DNA of 64,000 bases from an uncultured Pelagibacteraceae bacterium (GCA_902573465.1 CACGJX010000001.1:52803-116802), one strand, 5' to 3'. Positions 1 to 10,885 are shown, counted from the stretch's first letter. A program made the numbers and translations. The notes: generated by a model from the sequence alone, not told the origin.

Positions 1-1
1 T

Positions 2-658
2 AGTTTATTTGGTAAATTAATGATTGGTCTAGAATATGTTTTTAATAGGAGTGGACCAATGACAATGGGTGCTAGTCAAATGTGTATGTTTGCAAAGAGT
101 GATCCTTCTTTAGAATTGCCAGATCTTCAATGGCACGTGCAACCAATGAGTATGGATACTTTAGGTGCTACAAAAAACCATGACTTTCATGCATTCACAC
201 CTACTGTATCAAATATAAGACCAACAAGTAGAGGTCACGTAAATATTATTAATAAAGACTCAAGAATTTATGCAAAGGTAAAACTCAACTATCTTTCAAC
301 TGACCATGATCGTATGGTTGCTGCAAAAGGTTTGAGACTTACAAGGAAAATAGTAATGGAGTCTGAAACTTTTAAAAAATATAAACCAGAAGAATATAGA
401 CCTGGTATTGATATTAATGATGATGAAGAACTTGTAAAAGCTGGATCAAATTATGCACAAACTATTTTTCATCCAGTTGGCACATGTAAAATGGGACAAG
501 ATGATATGGCGGTAGTTGATGAGACTCTTAAAGTAAAGGGTTTAAATAATTTAAGAGTAATTGATGCCTCAATAATGCCTAATATAACTTCGGGTAATAC
601 TAATGCCCCTACAATTATGATTGCCGAAAAAGGTGCTGATATGATACTTAGAAGTTAA
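2..658 (+). CDS. betA: GMC oxidoreductase (choline dehydrogenase-like), C-terminal part; 5' end outside window
   Basis: C-terminal GMC motifs HPVGTCKMG, LRVIDASIMP, GNTNAPTIMIAEK; frame is open back to the window edge. Confidence 0.75.
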   Translation, partial: SLFGKLMIGLEYVFNRSGPMTMGASQMCMFAKSDPSLELPDLQWHVQPMSMDTLGATKNHDFHAFTPTVSNIRPTSRGHVNIINKDSRIYAKVKLNYLSTDHDRMVAAKGLRLTRKIVMESETFKKYKPEEYRPGIDINDDEELVKAGSNYAQTIFHPVGTCKMGQDDMAVVDETLKVKGLNNLRVIDASIMPNITSGNTNAPTIMIAEKGADMILRS

Positions 659-1251
659 TGCCCACTGATTTTATTACTCCAGAACAAATTACAATTTTAA
701 CACAAATCATTTTAATTGATCTTGTTTTAGCAGGAGACAATGCAATCATAATTGGAATGGTTGCATCAAAATTTCCTTTAGAACAAAGACGAAAAATTAT
801 TTTTTGGGGAATAGGTGGAGCAGTTGTCTTAAGGATAATATTAACTTTATTGACTGCTTATTTATTACAAATTACAGGTTTAAGGTTAATTGGAGGTGTT
901 CTTCTTCTCTATATTGTCTACAAACTTTATGTAGATGTCATAAAAGGTTCTGATCACGAAAGTGATATAAAGGTAGATAATTCCAGTTTCTTAAAAGCTA
1001 TTTGGACAATCTTATTAGCTGATTTTACTATGAGTTTAGATAATGTTTTAGGAGTTGCAGGAGCAGCGGGGGACCATTACTATTTATTAATTTTTGGTCT
1101 TGTTTTATCAATTGTACTAATGGCAACAGCAGCAACATTAATATCTAATTGGATTAAGAAATATAAATGGATTGCTTGGGCTGGATTATTGGCAATTTTA
1201 ATTGTTGCTATTGAATTGATTTATACTGATATTGAAATATTATTTTTATGA
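658..1251 (+). CDS. TerC/YjbE family integral membrane protein
   Basis: DLVLAGDNAIII and ADFTMSLDNVLGVAGAA signatures; multiple TM helices. Confidence 0.9.
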   Translation: MPTDFITPEQITILTQIILIDLVLAGDNAIIIGMVASKFPLEQRRKIIFWGIGGAVVLRIILTLLTAYLLQITGLRLIGGVLLLYIVYKLYVDVIKGSDHESDIKVDNSSFLKAIWTILLADFTMSLDNVLGVAGAAGDHYYLLIFGLVLSIVLMATAATLISNWIKKYKWIAWAGLLAILIVAIELIYTDIEILFL

Positions 1252-2018
1252 TGTATCTGAAAAAATACAATTTAAAGAACAAAACCGCAGTTGTAACTGG
1301 AGCTGGAAAAGGGATTGGAAGAGCATGTGCTATAGCGCTTGCTGAAGCTGGTGCGAATTTGATCATCATAAGTAGAACAAAAAAAGATTTAGATGAAGTT
1401 TCAAAAAAGATAAAAAAAATAAAGTCTAAATGTAAATCTTATGTATGTGACATCACAAATTACAATCAAATTAAAGAGATAATTAATAAACAGTTAAAAA
1501 TAGACATACTGATTAACAATGCAGGCAATAATATTCCAGAACACTTTACCAAAGTTAAAACAAAAAATATGGAGTATTTGGTTAAGATAAACACGATGGC
1601 AACTTTTAATCTTGCTCAATTATGTGCTTTAAAAATGATTAAGTCCAAAAATAGAAAAAAAATTGGCGGTGCGATTGTAAATATGTCATCTCAAATGGGT
1701 CATGTTGGTGGTCCTATTAGAAGTGTTTATAATATGACAAAATTTGGCTTAGAAGGCTTAACAAAAGGAATGTCGATTGATCTAGCTAAATATAACATAA
1801 GGGTAAATACTGTTTGCCCAACTTTTGTTGTTACTCCAATGACAAGTAAATTTTTGAAAAGTAAAAAGTTTAAAAAAGAGGTTTTGGGTAATATTCCATT
1901 GGGAAAATTTGCTGAACTTTCAGATGTAGCAAGTGCAGCTGTATTTCTTGCATCTGATGCAGCGTCAATGATTACTGGAACCTCTTTATTAGTTGATGGC
2001 GGATGGACTGCAAAATAA
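1248..2018 (+). CDS. Short-chain dehydrogenase/reductase, possibly HpsO-like
   Basis: TGAGKGIG, NNAG, YxxxK (YNMTK), SSQMGHVGG. Confidence 0.85.
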   Translation: MMYLKKYNLKNKTAVVTGAGKGIGRACAIALAEAGANLIIISRTKKDLDEVSKKIKKIKSKCKSYVCDITNYNQIKEIINKQLKIDILINNAGNNIPEHFTKVKTKNMEYLVKINTMATFNLAQLCALKMIKSKNRKKIGGAIVNMSSQMGHVGGPIRSVYNMTKFGLEGLTKGMSIDLAKYNIRVNTVCPTFVVTPMTSKFLKSKKFKKEVLGNIPLGKFAELSDVASAAVFLASDAASMITGTSLLVDGGWTAK

Positions 2019-2806
2019 TACCAAGATTATTTTTTTTTATAATCTTTTTTATTTCAACTTATTCAAATGCTATCGAGTTTAAAGGAAAATTTTTACAGGG
2101 TCATTATATCATAGGGATAACTGATCCCTCTTCTAAAATAATTATAGATAAAAAAGAAGTGAAAGTTTCTAAAGATGGTTATTTTGCTTTTGGTATTGAT
2201 AGAGATAGAAAATTTGATTTAACTATTACTAAAATAACAAACGGAAAAAGTGAAAAAATAATTAAAAAAGTTGTTAAAAGAAAATATAACATTCAGAGAA
2301 TAGATGGCTTAGAAGAAAGTAAAGTTACGCCACCTGAGTCAGTTTACAAAAGAATAAAAGAAGAAAACAACAGAATTGGGAAAGCTAGAGCTATCAATTC
2401 TGATTTACCTTTTTTTAAGAACCAATTTATCATGCCTGTAAAAGGAATTATTAGTGGTGTTTACGGAAGCCAGAGAATTTTAAATGGTAAACCAAAGTGG
2501 CCTCACTATGGAATTGATATAGCAGCAAAAAAAGGAACAATGATTAAATCATCAGCATCTGGAGTTGTAACAATGGCCGAGGATGATCTTTATTATACTG
2601 GCGGTACAATTATAATGGATCATGGACACGGGATTTCAACAATTTACTCTCATCTAGAAAATGTGATGGTATCTGTTGGTGATAAGATTAATCAAGGAGA
2701 TATCATTGGTACAGTTGGATCAACAGGAAGATCTACAGGCCCCCATCTAGATTTTAGGGTAAATTGGTTTCAAACTAGACTTGATCCAATGTCTTTATTG
2801 AATTAG
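2003..2806 (+). CDS. M23 family metallopeptidase
   Basis: HYGIDIA and STGPHLDF zinc motifs; signal-like N-terminus. Confidence 0.9.
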   Translation: MDCKIIPRLFFFIIFFISTYSNAIEFKGKFLQGHYIIGITDPSSKIIIDKKEVKVSKDGYFAFGIDRDRKFDLTITKITNGKSEKIIKKVVKRKYNIQRIDGLEESKVTPPESVYKRIKEENNRIGKARAINSDLPFFKNQFIMPVKGIISGVYGSQRILNGKPKWPHYGIDIAAKKGTMIKSSASGVVTMAEDDLYYTGGTIIMDHGHGISTIYSHLENVMVSVGDKINQGDIIGTVGSTGRSTGPHLDFRVNWFQTRLDPMSLLN

Positions 2807-2820
2807 CAAATTTTATTTAA

Positions 2821-2970
2821 ATGATGACTAGGCTTAAAAATTTATTATCAAAGAGTAAATGGGGTAAATATATTCTAGTTGGAGGATTTACTTTTTTTTT
2901 AATAAAAGGTTTGGTTTGGTTGATAGTCTTCTTTATTGCTGGTTTTAGTTTGATAAACTTTGGATCATAA
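2821..2970 (+). CDS. Small membrane protein, 49 aa (not in ORF track)
   Basis: Hand translation MMTRLKNLLSKSKWGKYILVGGFTFFLIKGLVWLIVFFIAGFSLINFGS; fills the gap co-directionally. Confidence 0.65.
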   Translation: MMTRLKNLLSKSKWGKYILVGGFTFFLIKGLVWLIVFFIAGFSLINFGS

Positions 2971-3010
2971 AATATAGTTTATAATTAAATAAAAAAAATA
3001 ATTCAAAAAT

Positions 3011-3781
3011 ATGAGCACATTAATAGAAAGAACTTCAAATAAATTGGTAAAGGCTTTTCTTAATAACAAGATTATTGCACCATTACCTACAAAATTTACA
3101 AAGAAACTAACTGAAGCAAATAAATTTAGAATGATTTGTGAGAGCAAAGTCAAAAAACCTATTATTGGTTTCAAAGCTGGAGGAACTGGAATTCCAGTGA
3201 TGAAAAAATTAAAAGAGAAAGAGCCATTTTATGCATCAGTTTATAAAAATAACTTCGCAAAAAGTGGTAAAAGTGTAAAAATTAGTAAAACTACTTTTGG
3301 TATTGAGTTAGAAGTTTGCTATCTAATTAAAAGATCTTTTTTTAATTCAAAAGGTGTAATTACGATGAGGAATATTTCAAAATTTATTTCTCATATGGCT
3401 CCTTGTATCGAAATCGTCGGTTATAGACAACGAAAAAAGGGAATAACTTCATTTGGAGATTTATGCAGTGATTTTGGAGCAAATGTAAAATTTTTAATAG
3501 GTCAAAAGAAAAAATATAGAAAAATTAATATTGGAAACTTAATAACAAATATTTCAAACAAAAAAACAAAGCAGAATATAAATGGTAATACTAGTGCTGT
3601 TTTTATCAATCCTTTGAACTCACTAAGGTTTGTTTTGAACAAATTAAGAAAAGATAAGATAAACATAAATAAAAATTTTTATGTATTTACTGGATCTACT
3701 GTGGGGGTAGTTCCAATAGGAAAAGGTCTCTATAAAGGTAAAATTGATAAATTAGGTTCTGTGAAAGTAATGATCAAATAA
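3011..3781 (+). CDS. 2-keto-4-pentenoate hydratase / FAH-family protein
   Basis: IIGFKAG, ELEVC, PCIEIV, DFGAN, TGS motifs of MhpD-like FAH proteins. Confidence 0.75.
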   Translation: MSTLIERTSNKLVKAFLNNKIIAPLPTKFTKKLTEANKFRMICESKVKKPIIGFKAGGTGIPVMKKLKEKEPFYASVYKNNFAKSGKSVKISKTTFGIELEVCYLIKRSFFNSKGVITMRNISKFISHMAPCIEIVGYRQRKKGITSFGDLCSDFGANVKFLIGQKKKYRKINIGNLITNISNKKTKQNINGNTSAVFINPLNSLRFVLNKLRKDKININKNFYVFTGSTVGVVPIGKGLYKGKIDKLGSVKVMIK

Positions 3782-3783
3782 AA

Positions 3784-3900
3784 GTGAAAACATTAATTCT
3801 TTTAGCTTTGGTAATTGTGGTTAGTTGGGTGTTATTCAGACCCATTACAAAAAAAGAACTTGATAGATATAACGAAAAAAATTGGCCTGATTTTAATTAA
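3784..3900 (+). CDS. Small single-TM protein, 38 aa (not in ORF track)
   Basis: GTG start 2 nt after upstream stop; MKTLILLALVIVVSWVLFRPITKKELDRYNEKNWPDFN. Confidence 0.55.
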   Translation: MKTLILLALVIVVSWVLFRPITKKELDRYNEKNWPDFN

Positions 3901-3962
3901 TAATAAAAATTTTTTATTTTAATAGCAAGTGCCTGTTATTTATAAGTTGATTTCTTAAATTT

Positions 3963-5798
3963 TTAATCTAATTCAAATTCTTTTCTATAATCCTTCTTAA
4001 GTTTTGAATTTTGCTTAGATTTATCTAAAACGCAATTTCCAATTACTAAATAATCCAATTCAGTACCCATAAAACAATTAAAAGCATCTGATGGAGTATT
4101 TACTATTGGTTCTCCTCTTACATTAAATGAAGTGTTTACCAAAACTGGGCAGCCAGTTTTTTCTTTAAAACTTGAAATTAAATCAAAATAAGGCTTATTT
4201 GTCTTTTTGTATACTGTCTGAACTCTTGCTGAATAATCAACATGAGTAACAGCTGGTATAAGTGATCTTTTGACATTTAATTTATCTATTCCAAAAAGTT
4301 TTTTTTGTTCATCTGTCATTTCTATTTTTTTCTTAGAATTAACTTCAGCAACTAAAAGCATGTATGGACTATCGACATTAATTTCAAACCAGTTTTGCAA
4401 ATCTTCTCTTAAAATAGATGGTGCAAATGGTCTAAAACTTTCTCTGTATTTTACTTTTAAATTTAAATTTTTTTGCATCAAATCAGATCTAGGATCGGCT
4501 AATATTGATCTAGCTCCTAATGCCCTTGGGCCGAACTCCATTCTTCCTTGAAACCAACCAACTGCTTTTTCATTCGATAGAAATTCAGCAGTTTTATCTA
4601 TTAATTCTTCATATTTTAAAGTTTCAAAATTTGCTCCCAAAGACTTTAACTCATTTTCAATTTCATTTTGACTAAATTCGTTTCCTAAATAAGAACCATT
4701 CATATCATCAAATGGATTAACCGTTCTTTTATTTCCTTGATCAATATACCATAGGGCCAAGGCTGCACCTAAAGATCCTCCAGCATCTCCTGCTGCAGGT
4801 TGTATCCAAACATTATCAAAAATTTTTTCTTTAAGAATTTTACCATTAGCTACGCAATTTAATGCTACTCCTCCTGCTAGACACAAATTTTTAATGCCAT
4901 ACTCTTTACGAACTCCTGTCACTAATTTAATCATAATTTCTTCAGTAATTTTTTGAATTGACGCTGCAATATCCATATGAAATTGGGTTATATTTTCTTT
5001 TTCAGGATTTCGAGCTTTTTTACCAAATAAATCATCAAATTTGTTATTCGTCATTGTCAGTCCTGTAGCATAATTAAAATATTTTTGATCCAATCTAAAA
5101 GTACCGTCTTCTTTAATGTCAATCAATTTTCTAATTTTGTCTTGAAAAATTGGTTTACCATAGGGCGCTAAGCCCATTAGTTTATACTCTCCACTATTTA
5201 CTTTAAAACCTGTGTAATAAGTAAAAGCAGAATAAAGAAGTCCGAGAGAATGTGGAAAGTGAATTTCTTTTTTAATATCTATATTATTATCTTTTCCTAT
5301 TGCTACAGTAGTTGTTGCCCATTCACCAACTCCATCAGCTGTTAAAACTATTGCCTCTTTAAAGGGAGATGGAAAAAAAGCACTTGCAGCGTGACTTAAG
5401 TGATGATCTGAAAAGAAAATATTTTCATCAGATTTGTAATTTGAGTCGTGCTCTTTAAGCTTATTAAATAACAAATTTTTTTGAAAAAGTTTTTCTTTTA
5501 TCCACAAAGGCATTGCTTTTGCAAAAGAAATAAAACCTCTTGGTGCAAACGCAACATAAGTTTCTAATAATCTCTCAAATTTTAAAAAAGGTTTTTCAAA
5601 AAAAACAATTTGGTTCACTTCATTTAATTTTAAATTTGCATATTCTAAAACAAATTCAATTGCATTTTTGGGATAACTTGAATCATGCTTTTTTCTTGTA
5701 AATCTCTCTTCTTGAGCCGCAGCAATAATTTTACCGTTTTTTATGATGCATGCGGCACTGTCATGATAAAAAGCCGATATACCAAGAATTGTGATCAC
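3963..5798 (-). CDS. NodU/CmcH family O-carbamoyltransferase (SxtI-like)
   Basis: ILGISAFYHDSAA, QEERFTRKKHD, HHLSHAASAF, EYKLMGLAPYG, EFGPRALG, NTSFNVRGEPIV. Confidence 0.95.
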   Translation of the reverse strand: MITILGISAFYHDSAACIIKNGKIIAAAQEERFTRKKHDSSYPKNAIEFVLEYANLKLNEVNQIVFFEKPFLKFERLLETYVAFAPRGFISFAKAMPLWIKEKLFQKNLLFNKLKEHDSNYKSDENIFFSDHHLSHAASAFFPSPFKEAIVLTADGVGEWATTTVAIGKDNNIDIKKEIHFPHSLGLLYSAFTYYTGFKVNSGEYKLMGLAPYGKPIFQDKIRKLIDIKEDGTFRLDQKYFNYATGLTMTNNKFDDLFGKKARNPEKENITQFHMDIAASIQKITEEIMIKLVTGVRKEYGIKNLCLAGGVALNCVANGKILKEKIFDNVWIQPAAGDAGGSLGAALALWYIDQGNKRTVNPFDDMNGSYLGNEFSQNEIENELKSLGANFETLKYEELIDKTAEFLSNEKAVGWFQGRMEFGPRALGARSILADPRSDLMQKNLNLKVKYRESFRPFAPSILREDLQNWFEINVDSPYMLLVAEVNSKKKIEMTDEQKKLFGIDKLNVKRSLIPAVTHVDYSARVQTVYKKTNKPYFDLISSFKEKTGCPVLVNTSFNVRGEPIVNTPSDAFNCFMGTELDYLVIGNCVLDKSKQNSKLKKDYRKEFELD

Positions 5799-5948
5799 TT
5801 AAAAAATTGTATAAATAAAAGGGGCTACTGCAGTGCCTTGAGTCAAAACTATAAGACCACCAAATATTACTAAAACTATAATAATGGGTAGAAGCCAATA
5901 TTTCTTTCTGACTCTTAAAAACATCCAAAATTCTTTTATAAAACTCAT
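5799..5948 (-). CDS. SxtK-like (DUF5989) small membrane protein, 49 aa (not in ORF track)
   Basis: MSFIKEFWMFLRVRKKYWLLPIIIVLVIFGGLIVLTQGTAVAPFIYTIF; RKKxWLLP...APFIYT signature; abuts the carbamoyltransferase start. Confidence 0.9.
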   Translation of the reverse strand: MSFIKEFWMFLRVRKKYWLLPIIIVLVIFGGLIVLTQGTAVAPFIYTIF

Positions 5949-5949
5949 A

Positions 5950-6333
5950 TTAAAATTGATTTTTCATTTTACTCTTTGGATCATTTTTTTCAATCCAATA
6001 TGATTTTTCATTATTAAACTTTAACTTTAATAAATCTTTTCCAAGTATTCTCATCAATAAACCTATTGGAGTTACAACTAAATAAAAAATTATACCCATA
6101 ATTATTGGCGAAATTATTTTTCCTAAGAATATACCAAATCTAAACCATAAATTATTTAAAGGAGATAAAAATTTTGAATTTATAAGACCCAAAAATAGAA
6201 AAATAAAAGAAATCATAAGCGCCCAAAGTCTAATTTCACCATGATTTAAAATTGGGTATAAACTTGTAATTAGGAAAACAATAAAAAAAACTACTCCAAA
6301 ACTTCTATTACTACTTTTGTTAGATTGATCCAT
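5950..6333 (-). CDS. SxtJ family membrane protein
   Basis: NRSFG...PLNNLWFRFGIFLGKIISPIIM...VTPIGLLMR...D.L...SYWI...MKNQF pattern. Confidence 0.9.
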   Translation of the reverse strand: MDQSNKSSNRSFGVVFFIVFLITSLYPILNHGEIRLWALMISFIFLFLGLINSKFLSPLNNLWFRFGIFLGKIISPIIMGIIFYLVVTPIGLLMRILGKDLLKLKFNNEKSYWIEKNDPKSKMKNQF

Positions 6334-6348
6334 TGTGTTTATAAAATT

Positions 6349-7530
6349 TCACTTTTCTAATGTTTTGTCATAAATAATTTTAGAAATTTCATTATAACCT
6401 CTTATATTATAATGACCATATAATCCAAACGGGAAAAGACTTTTATAATCAAGTTCTTTTTTTTCTATTTCTGCAAAAATATCTATAAATTTTATATTTA
6501 AACTTTTCACCATTGAAATTAATTTATCTCTTTGGTTTAAATCTGTATTAATACCAGATTTTGAGAATCGTTGATAAGATGGGAGATAAATAAAGTATAA
6601 TTCTGAATTATTTTTTTTTGCAAGAATTTGGGTGTGTTCTAATATTTTTTTAAACTTTAGAAAAACTTCATTATTAAATTTTTTTTTTTTATTATCATTA
6701 TCATTCATCAATGCTTTTAATTTATCTTTAGTTTTATCCAATCTAACAAATCTCAATATTTGATTTTTTTTTCTTTTTTCTTCTCTGCTTTGAAAATACT
6801 TCAAATGTTCTCTGACAGTATTATCTACGATAATATCTATTTCTTTCTGTTTCAATTTTAATGATTGGCTATAATCTTTTTTATCTAAGTAATTATTGAG
6901 AATTTTTGAATTCATTGTATCTTTTAAATCTTGAAGGTCATTATCTTCAAAATAAAACCAAAGAATATTATTTACTTTTTCATCTAAATACTCATTAAGA
7001 GCTGCAAATTGTAACATGGGTCCATTGCTTGAATATCCAAGATTTAATACTGACTTATTAGATAATTTTCTTAAAACCGATCCAAAATCATGAGGACGAT
7101 TTACACATTCTCCCATCGTAAAAGAATCACCAACTAAAAAAAATTCAATTTTTTCATTGTCCCACTCGTTGTCAGGATTATTAAAACCATATCTATCACT
7201 ATCAAAAATTGAAAAATAACCATTTTCTTTACAATGAAGTGTTTTAGAATTTGATAATCCTCCGAGCGGTATAATCTTATGTTCGGAACTTATTGCAAAG
7301 TGTTTTGGAACTAATGTGCTTGTTAATTTAGGATATTCTTTTTTTAACTCATTAAATACTACAATCTTATTTCTATACTCATATTTTTTCCCTGTTTCTT
7401 TTTCAAAAATTTTTGCTTTGTTCTTTTCAATATTCTTTACTGAGTAAACTAGAAAATATTCAAATAAATATAATGAAATTAAAAAACTTAGTATTATAAT
7501 TAAGATATATCTTAAGGTTATCCTTATCAA
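6349..7530 (-). CDS. Membrane-anchored SGNH/GDSL hydrolase-like protein
   Basis: VGDSFT block I, NLG, NDL, C-terminal GHYN; N-terminal TM. Confidence 0.75.
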   Translation of the reverse strand: MIRITLRYILIIILSFLISLYLFEYFLVYSVKNIEKNKAKIFEKETGKKYEYRNKIVVFNELKKEYPKLTSTLVPKHFAISSEHKIIPLGGLSNSKTLHCKENGYFSIFDSDRYGFNNPDNEWDNEKIEFFLVGDSFTMGECVNRPHDFGSVLRKLSNKSVLNLGYSSNGPMLQFAALNEYLDEKVNNILWFYFEDNDLQDLKDTMNSKILNNYLDKKDYSQSLKLKQKEIDIIVDNTVREHLKYFQSREEKRKKNQILRFVRLDKTKDKLKALMNDNDNKKKKFNNEVFLKFKKILEHTQILAKKNNSELYFIYLPSYQRFSKSGINTDLNQRDKLISMVKSLNIKFIDIFAEIEKKELDYKSLFPFGLYGHYNIRGYNEISKIIYDKTLEK

Positions 7531-7534
7531 AATT

Positions 7535-9313
7535 TTAAATACTTTTTTGAGGCTTCATGTCTGCTTTGTTAATACCTGCAACTCTTACAGGTTTCTTCAT
7601 TGCATCTCTTCTAAATGGTTCACCAAGTTCTTGGTTTAAAATTACTTCTATAAATGTAGTGATACCTTTCTTTTGATCCTCACAAGATTGCTTAATTGCG
7701 GCAGTTGTTTCCTCCATTGATTTAACTGTTACTCCTTTTAAACCGCATGCATCAGCTACTTTTGCAAAACTCAATTCTGGATCTAGTTCTGTTCCAACAA
7801 AATTATTATCAAACCAAAGAGTTGTATTTCTTTTTTCTGCACCCCATTGATAATTTCTAAAGATAACCATTGTAATTGCTGGCCACTCCTCACGAGCACA
7901 AGAACTCATCTCATTCATACTAATTCCAAAAGCTCCATCTCCCGCAAAACCAATAACAGGTGTATCAGGACACCCAATCTTTGCTCCAAGTATTGATGGA
8001 AAGCCATAACCACAAGGACCAAACAAACCTGGTGCTAAGTATTTTCTTGGTTTTTCAAAAGTTGGATAAGCATTTCCTATTGCGCAATTATTTCCAATAT
8101 CACTTGAGATAATTACATCTTCAGGCATTCCAGCTTGAATTGCTCTCCAAGCTTGTCTTGGTGACATTCTATCTTTATCTCTCTCTCTTGCTTCTTTGTT
8201 CCAGACTGTTCCTTCATCATCATCTTCATGATCTAGACTAGATAATTTTTGTAACCATGCAGATTTTGTTTGGTGAATTAAGTCTTTTCTTTTTTGTCTA
8301 TCCGTATCACCTGCATTAGATGATAATTTATCAAATATTTGTTGCGCAACTAATTTTGCATCTCCGCTTATTCCAACAGTAACTTTTTTAGTTAAACCAA
8401 TTCTATCGGGATTGATATCAACTTGGATAATGCTGGCTTTCTTAGGCCAATAATCTATGCCATATCCTGGAAGTGTCGAAAATGGATTTAGTCTTGTTCC
8501 TAAAGCCAAAACAACATCTGCCTTTGAGATTAATTCCATGGCAGCTTTTGAACCATTGTATCCTAAAGGTCCTACAGCCAAAGGATGACTTCCTGGAAAA
8601 CTATCATTGTGCTGATAACCAGAACAAACTGGAGAGTCTAATTTTTCTGCGAGTTTTTTTGTCTCCTCAATTGCACCACCAATTACAACTCCTGCACCAG
8701 ATAAAATTACTGGAAACTTTGCATTAGATAAAAGTTTTGCAGCTTTATCTATAGCCTCTGCTCCTCCGCCTTGTCTTTCTAATCTTACTATTGGTGGTAA
8801 TTCAATATCGATAACTTGCGTCCAATAATCTCTTGGAACATTAATTTGCGCTGGCGCTGAGCCTCTTATTGCTTTTTCAATAACTCTATTTAAAACTTCA
8901 GCCATTCTTGATGGGTCTCTGACCTCTTCTTGGTAACAAACCATATCTTTAAATAAATTCATTTGCTCTACTTCTTGAAAACCTCCTTGACCCATAGTCT
9001 TATTTGCTGCCTGAGGTGTTACTAATAATAATGGTGTATGGTTCCAGTAAGCAGTTTTAATTGGGGTTACTAATCCAGTTATGCCTGGCCCATTTTGTGC
9101 AATGACCATAGACATTTTACCTGTAGATCTTGTATAACCATCAGCAATTAGTCCACCATTTGTTTCATGAGCTACGTCCCAAAAAGTAATACCTGCATCA
9201 GGAAAAATATCAGAGATAGGCATGAATGCTGAACCTATTATTCCAAAAGCATGTTCAATGCCGTGCATTTGTAAAACTTTTACAAAAGCTTCTTCTGTTG
9301 TCATTTTCGTCAT
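7535..9313 (-). CDS. xsc: Sulfoacetaldehyde acetyltransferase (ThDP-dependent)
   Basis: MTTEEAFVKVLQMHGIEHAFGIIGSA N-terminus; GDGAFG ThDP motif; NYQWGAEKRN; ELGEPFRRDAM. Confidence 0.95.
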   Translation of the reverse strand: MTKMTTEEAFVKVLQMHGIEHAFGIIGSAFMPISDIFPDAGITFWDVAHETNGGLIADGYTRSTGKMSMVIAQNGPGITGLVTPIKTAYWNHTPLLLVTPQAANKTMGQGGFQEVEQMNLFKDMVCYQEEVRDPSRMAEVLNRVIEKAIRGSAPAQINVPRDYWTQVIDIELPPIVRLERQGGGAEAIDKAAKLLSNAKFPVILSGAGVVIGGAIEETKKLAEKLDSPVCSGYQHNDSFPGSHPLAVGPLGYNGSKAAMELISKADVVLALGTRLNPFSTLPGYGIDYWPKKASIIQVDINPDRIGLTKKVTVGISGDAKLVAQQIFDKLSSNAGDTDRQKRKDLIHQTKSAWLQKLSSLDHEDDDEGTVWNKEARERDKDRMSPRQAWRAIQAGMPEDVIISSDIGNNCAIGNAYPTFEKPRKYLAPGLFGPCGYGFPSILGAKIGCPDTPVIGFAGDGAFGISMNEMSSCAREEWPAITMVIFRNYQWGAEKRNTTLWFDNNFVGTELDPELSFAKVADACGLKGVTVKSMEETTAAIKQSCEDQKKGITTFIEVILNQELGEPFRRDAMKKPVRVAGINKADMKPQKSI

Positions 9314-9429
9314 TAATAGAACCTTTCTAATCTAGCAAATGTAATAATTTTTTATAAAACTATTTCTTAATTGTCGCGATTAATATATAAGATTTTTGAA
9401 AATTCAAACAAACAAATCGACACGATATA

Positions 9430-9714
9430 ATGGCTACTGACATCATAATTCACGATAAAAAGGATAATGTGGGGGTTGTGGTAGTCGAAAAAATAACACC
9501 AAAACAAGACTGTAAATGCTGGATTATGGAGGATGATAGCTCAACAGATATTCAATCAATGGATGAAATACCATTGGGTCATAAAATTGCTATGATGGAC
9601 TTAAAAGAAGGTGACACAATTTTAAAATATGGTCATGACATAGGAAAAGTTGTTAAATCCATAAAAAAAGGTGAACATGTACATGTTCATAACGTAAAAA
9701 CAAAAAAGTGGTAA
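9430..9714 (+). CDS. suyA: Sulfolactate sulfo-lyase small subunit (UxaA SAF domain)
   Basis: DNVGV...IPLGHKIA...KYG...GEHVHVHN; followed by suyB in sulfonate context. Confidence 0.85.
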   Translation: MATDIIIHDKKDNVGVVVVEKITPKQDCKCWIMEDDSSTDIQSMDEIPLGHKIAMMDLKEGDTILKYGHDIGKVVKSIKKGEHVHVHNVKTKKW

Positions 9715-9718
9715 ATTG

Positions 9719-10885
9719 ATGGAAATTCCAAAAAGTTTTTTAGGTTACAAAAGAGAAAATGGAAGAGCGGGAACAAGAAATCACGTAATTATTTTACCAG
9801 TAGATGATATTTCGAATGCTTGCTCAGAAGCAGTCGCAAACAATATAAAAGGAACTATCGCATTACCTCATTCATATGGACGATTGCAGTTTGGAGCAGA
9901 TTTAGAACTGCATTTTAGAACAATGATCGGAACTGGAAGCAATCCAAATGTTGCCGCTGTAATTGTAATTGGTATTGAGCCAAAGTGGACTAAAAGAATT
10001 GTAGATGGAATAGCGAAGACTGGAAAACCTGTAGAAGGTTTTCACATTGAACGAACTGGTGATATTGGAACTGTCATGAAAGCATCCAAAAAAGCACAAG
10101 AGTTTGTTATGTGGGCTTCAGAAAAACAAAGAGAAGAATGTCCAATAAGTGATTTGTGGATTTCAGTAAAATGTGGAGAATCAGATACTACGTCAGGTCT
10201 TGCATCAAATCCTACAGTTGGAAACTTAATGGATAAACTTGAGCCACTTGGTGTTCATTTATGTTTTGGTGAAACTTCAGAGCTAACCGGAGCTGAAAAA
10301 GTTTGTGCAACTAGAGGTGCAACAAAAGAGGCTTCAGATAAATTTATGAAAACTTGGAGCGCATATAATGATTTTATTTTAAAAGAAGCAACGGATGATT
10401 TGTCGGAAAGTCAACCAACTGCTGGAAATATTGCAGGAGGTTTAACAACTATAGAAGAAAAAGCATTTGGAAATTTTCAAAAAATTGGTGATTGTAAATT
10501 TATAGATGTTCTAGAACCTGCAGAAGAACCTAAAAAAGGTAAAGGACTATACTTCATGGATACTTCTTCAGCTGCGGCAGAATGCGTAACCCTCCAAGCA
10601 GCAGCTGGATTTAACATTCATTTGTTTCCAACTGGTCAAGGTAATATTGTTGGAAATCCTATCGAGCCAGTGGTTAAATTAACTGCTAATCCATTAACTG
10701 TTAAAAGTATGGGTGAACATATTGATTGTGATGTATCGAAAATTCTTTCAAGAGAAATGAATTTATCAGAGGCCGGAGATAAACTTATTGAAACAACTCT
10801 AAGAGTTGCTAATGGACGATTAACCTGTGCAGAAGCTTTAGGTCATAAAGAATTTGTTATGACTAAACTTTATAGAAGCGCATAA
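9719..10885 (+). CDS. suyB: Sulfolactate sulfo-lyase large subunit (UxaA family)
   Basis: [52 protein letters not shown] end. Confidence 0.9.
   Translation: MEIPKSFLGYKRENGRAGTRNHVIILPVDDISNACSEAVANNIKGTIALPHSYGRLQFGADLELHFRTMIGTGSNPNVAAVIVIGIEPKWTKRIVDGIAKTGKPVEGFHIERTGDIGTVMKASKKAQEFVMWASEKQREECPISDLWISVKCGESDTTSGLASNPTVGNLMDKLEPLGVHLCFGETSELTGAEKVCATRGATKEASDKFMKTWSAYNDFILKEATDDLSESQPTAGNIAGGLTTIEEKAFGNFQKIGDCKFIDVLEPAEEPKKGKGLYFMDTSSAAAECVTLQAAAGFNIHLFPTGQGNIVGNPIEPVVKLTANPLTVKSMGEHIDCDVSKILSREMNLSEAGDKLIETTLRVANGRLTCAEALGHKEFVMTKLYRSA

Noticed and set aside
3963-6333. Saxitoxin biosynthesis from sxtI/J/K homologs
   Set aside because: No sxtA, sxtG or other core genes in the window; the trio is widespread outside toxin clusters
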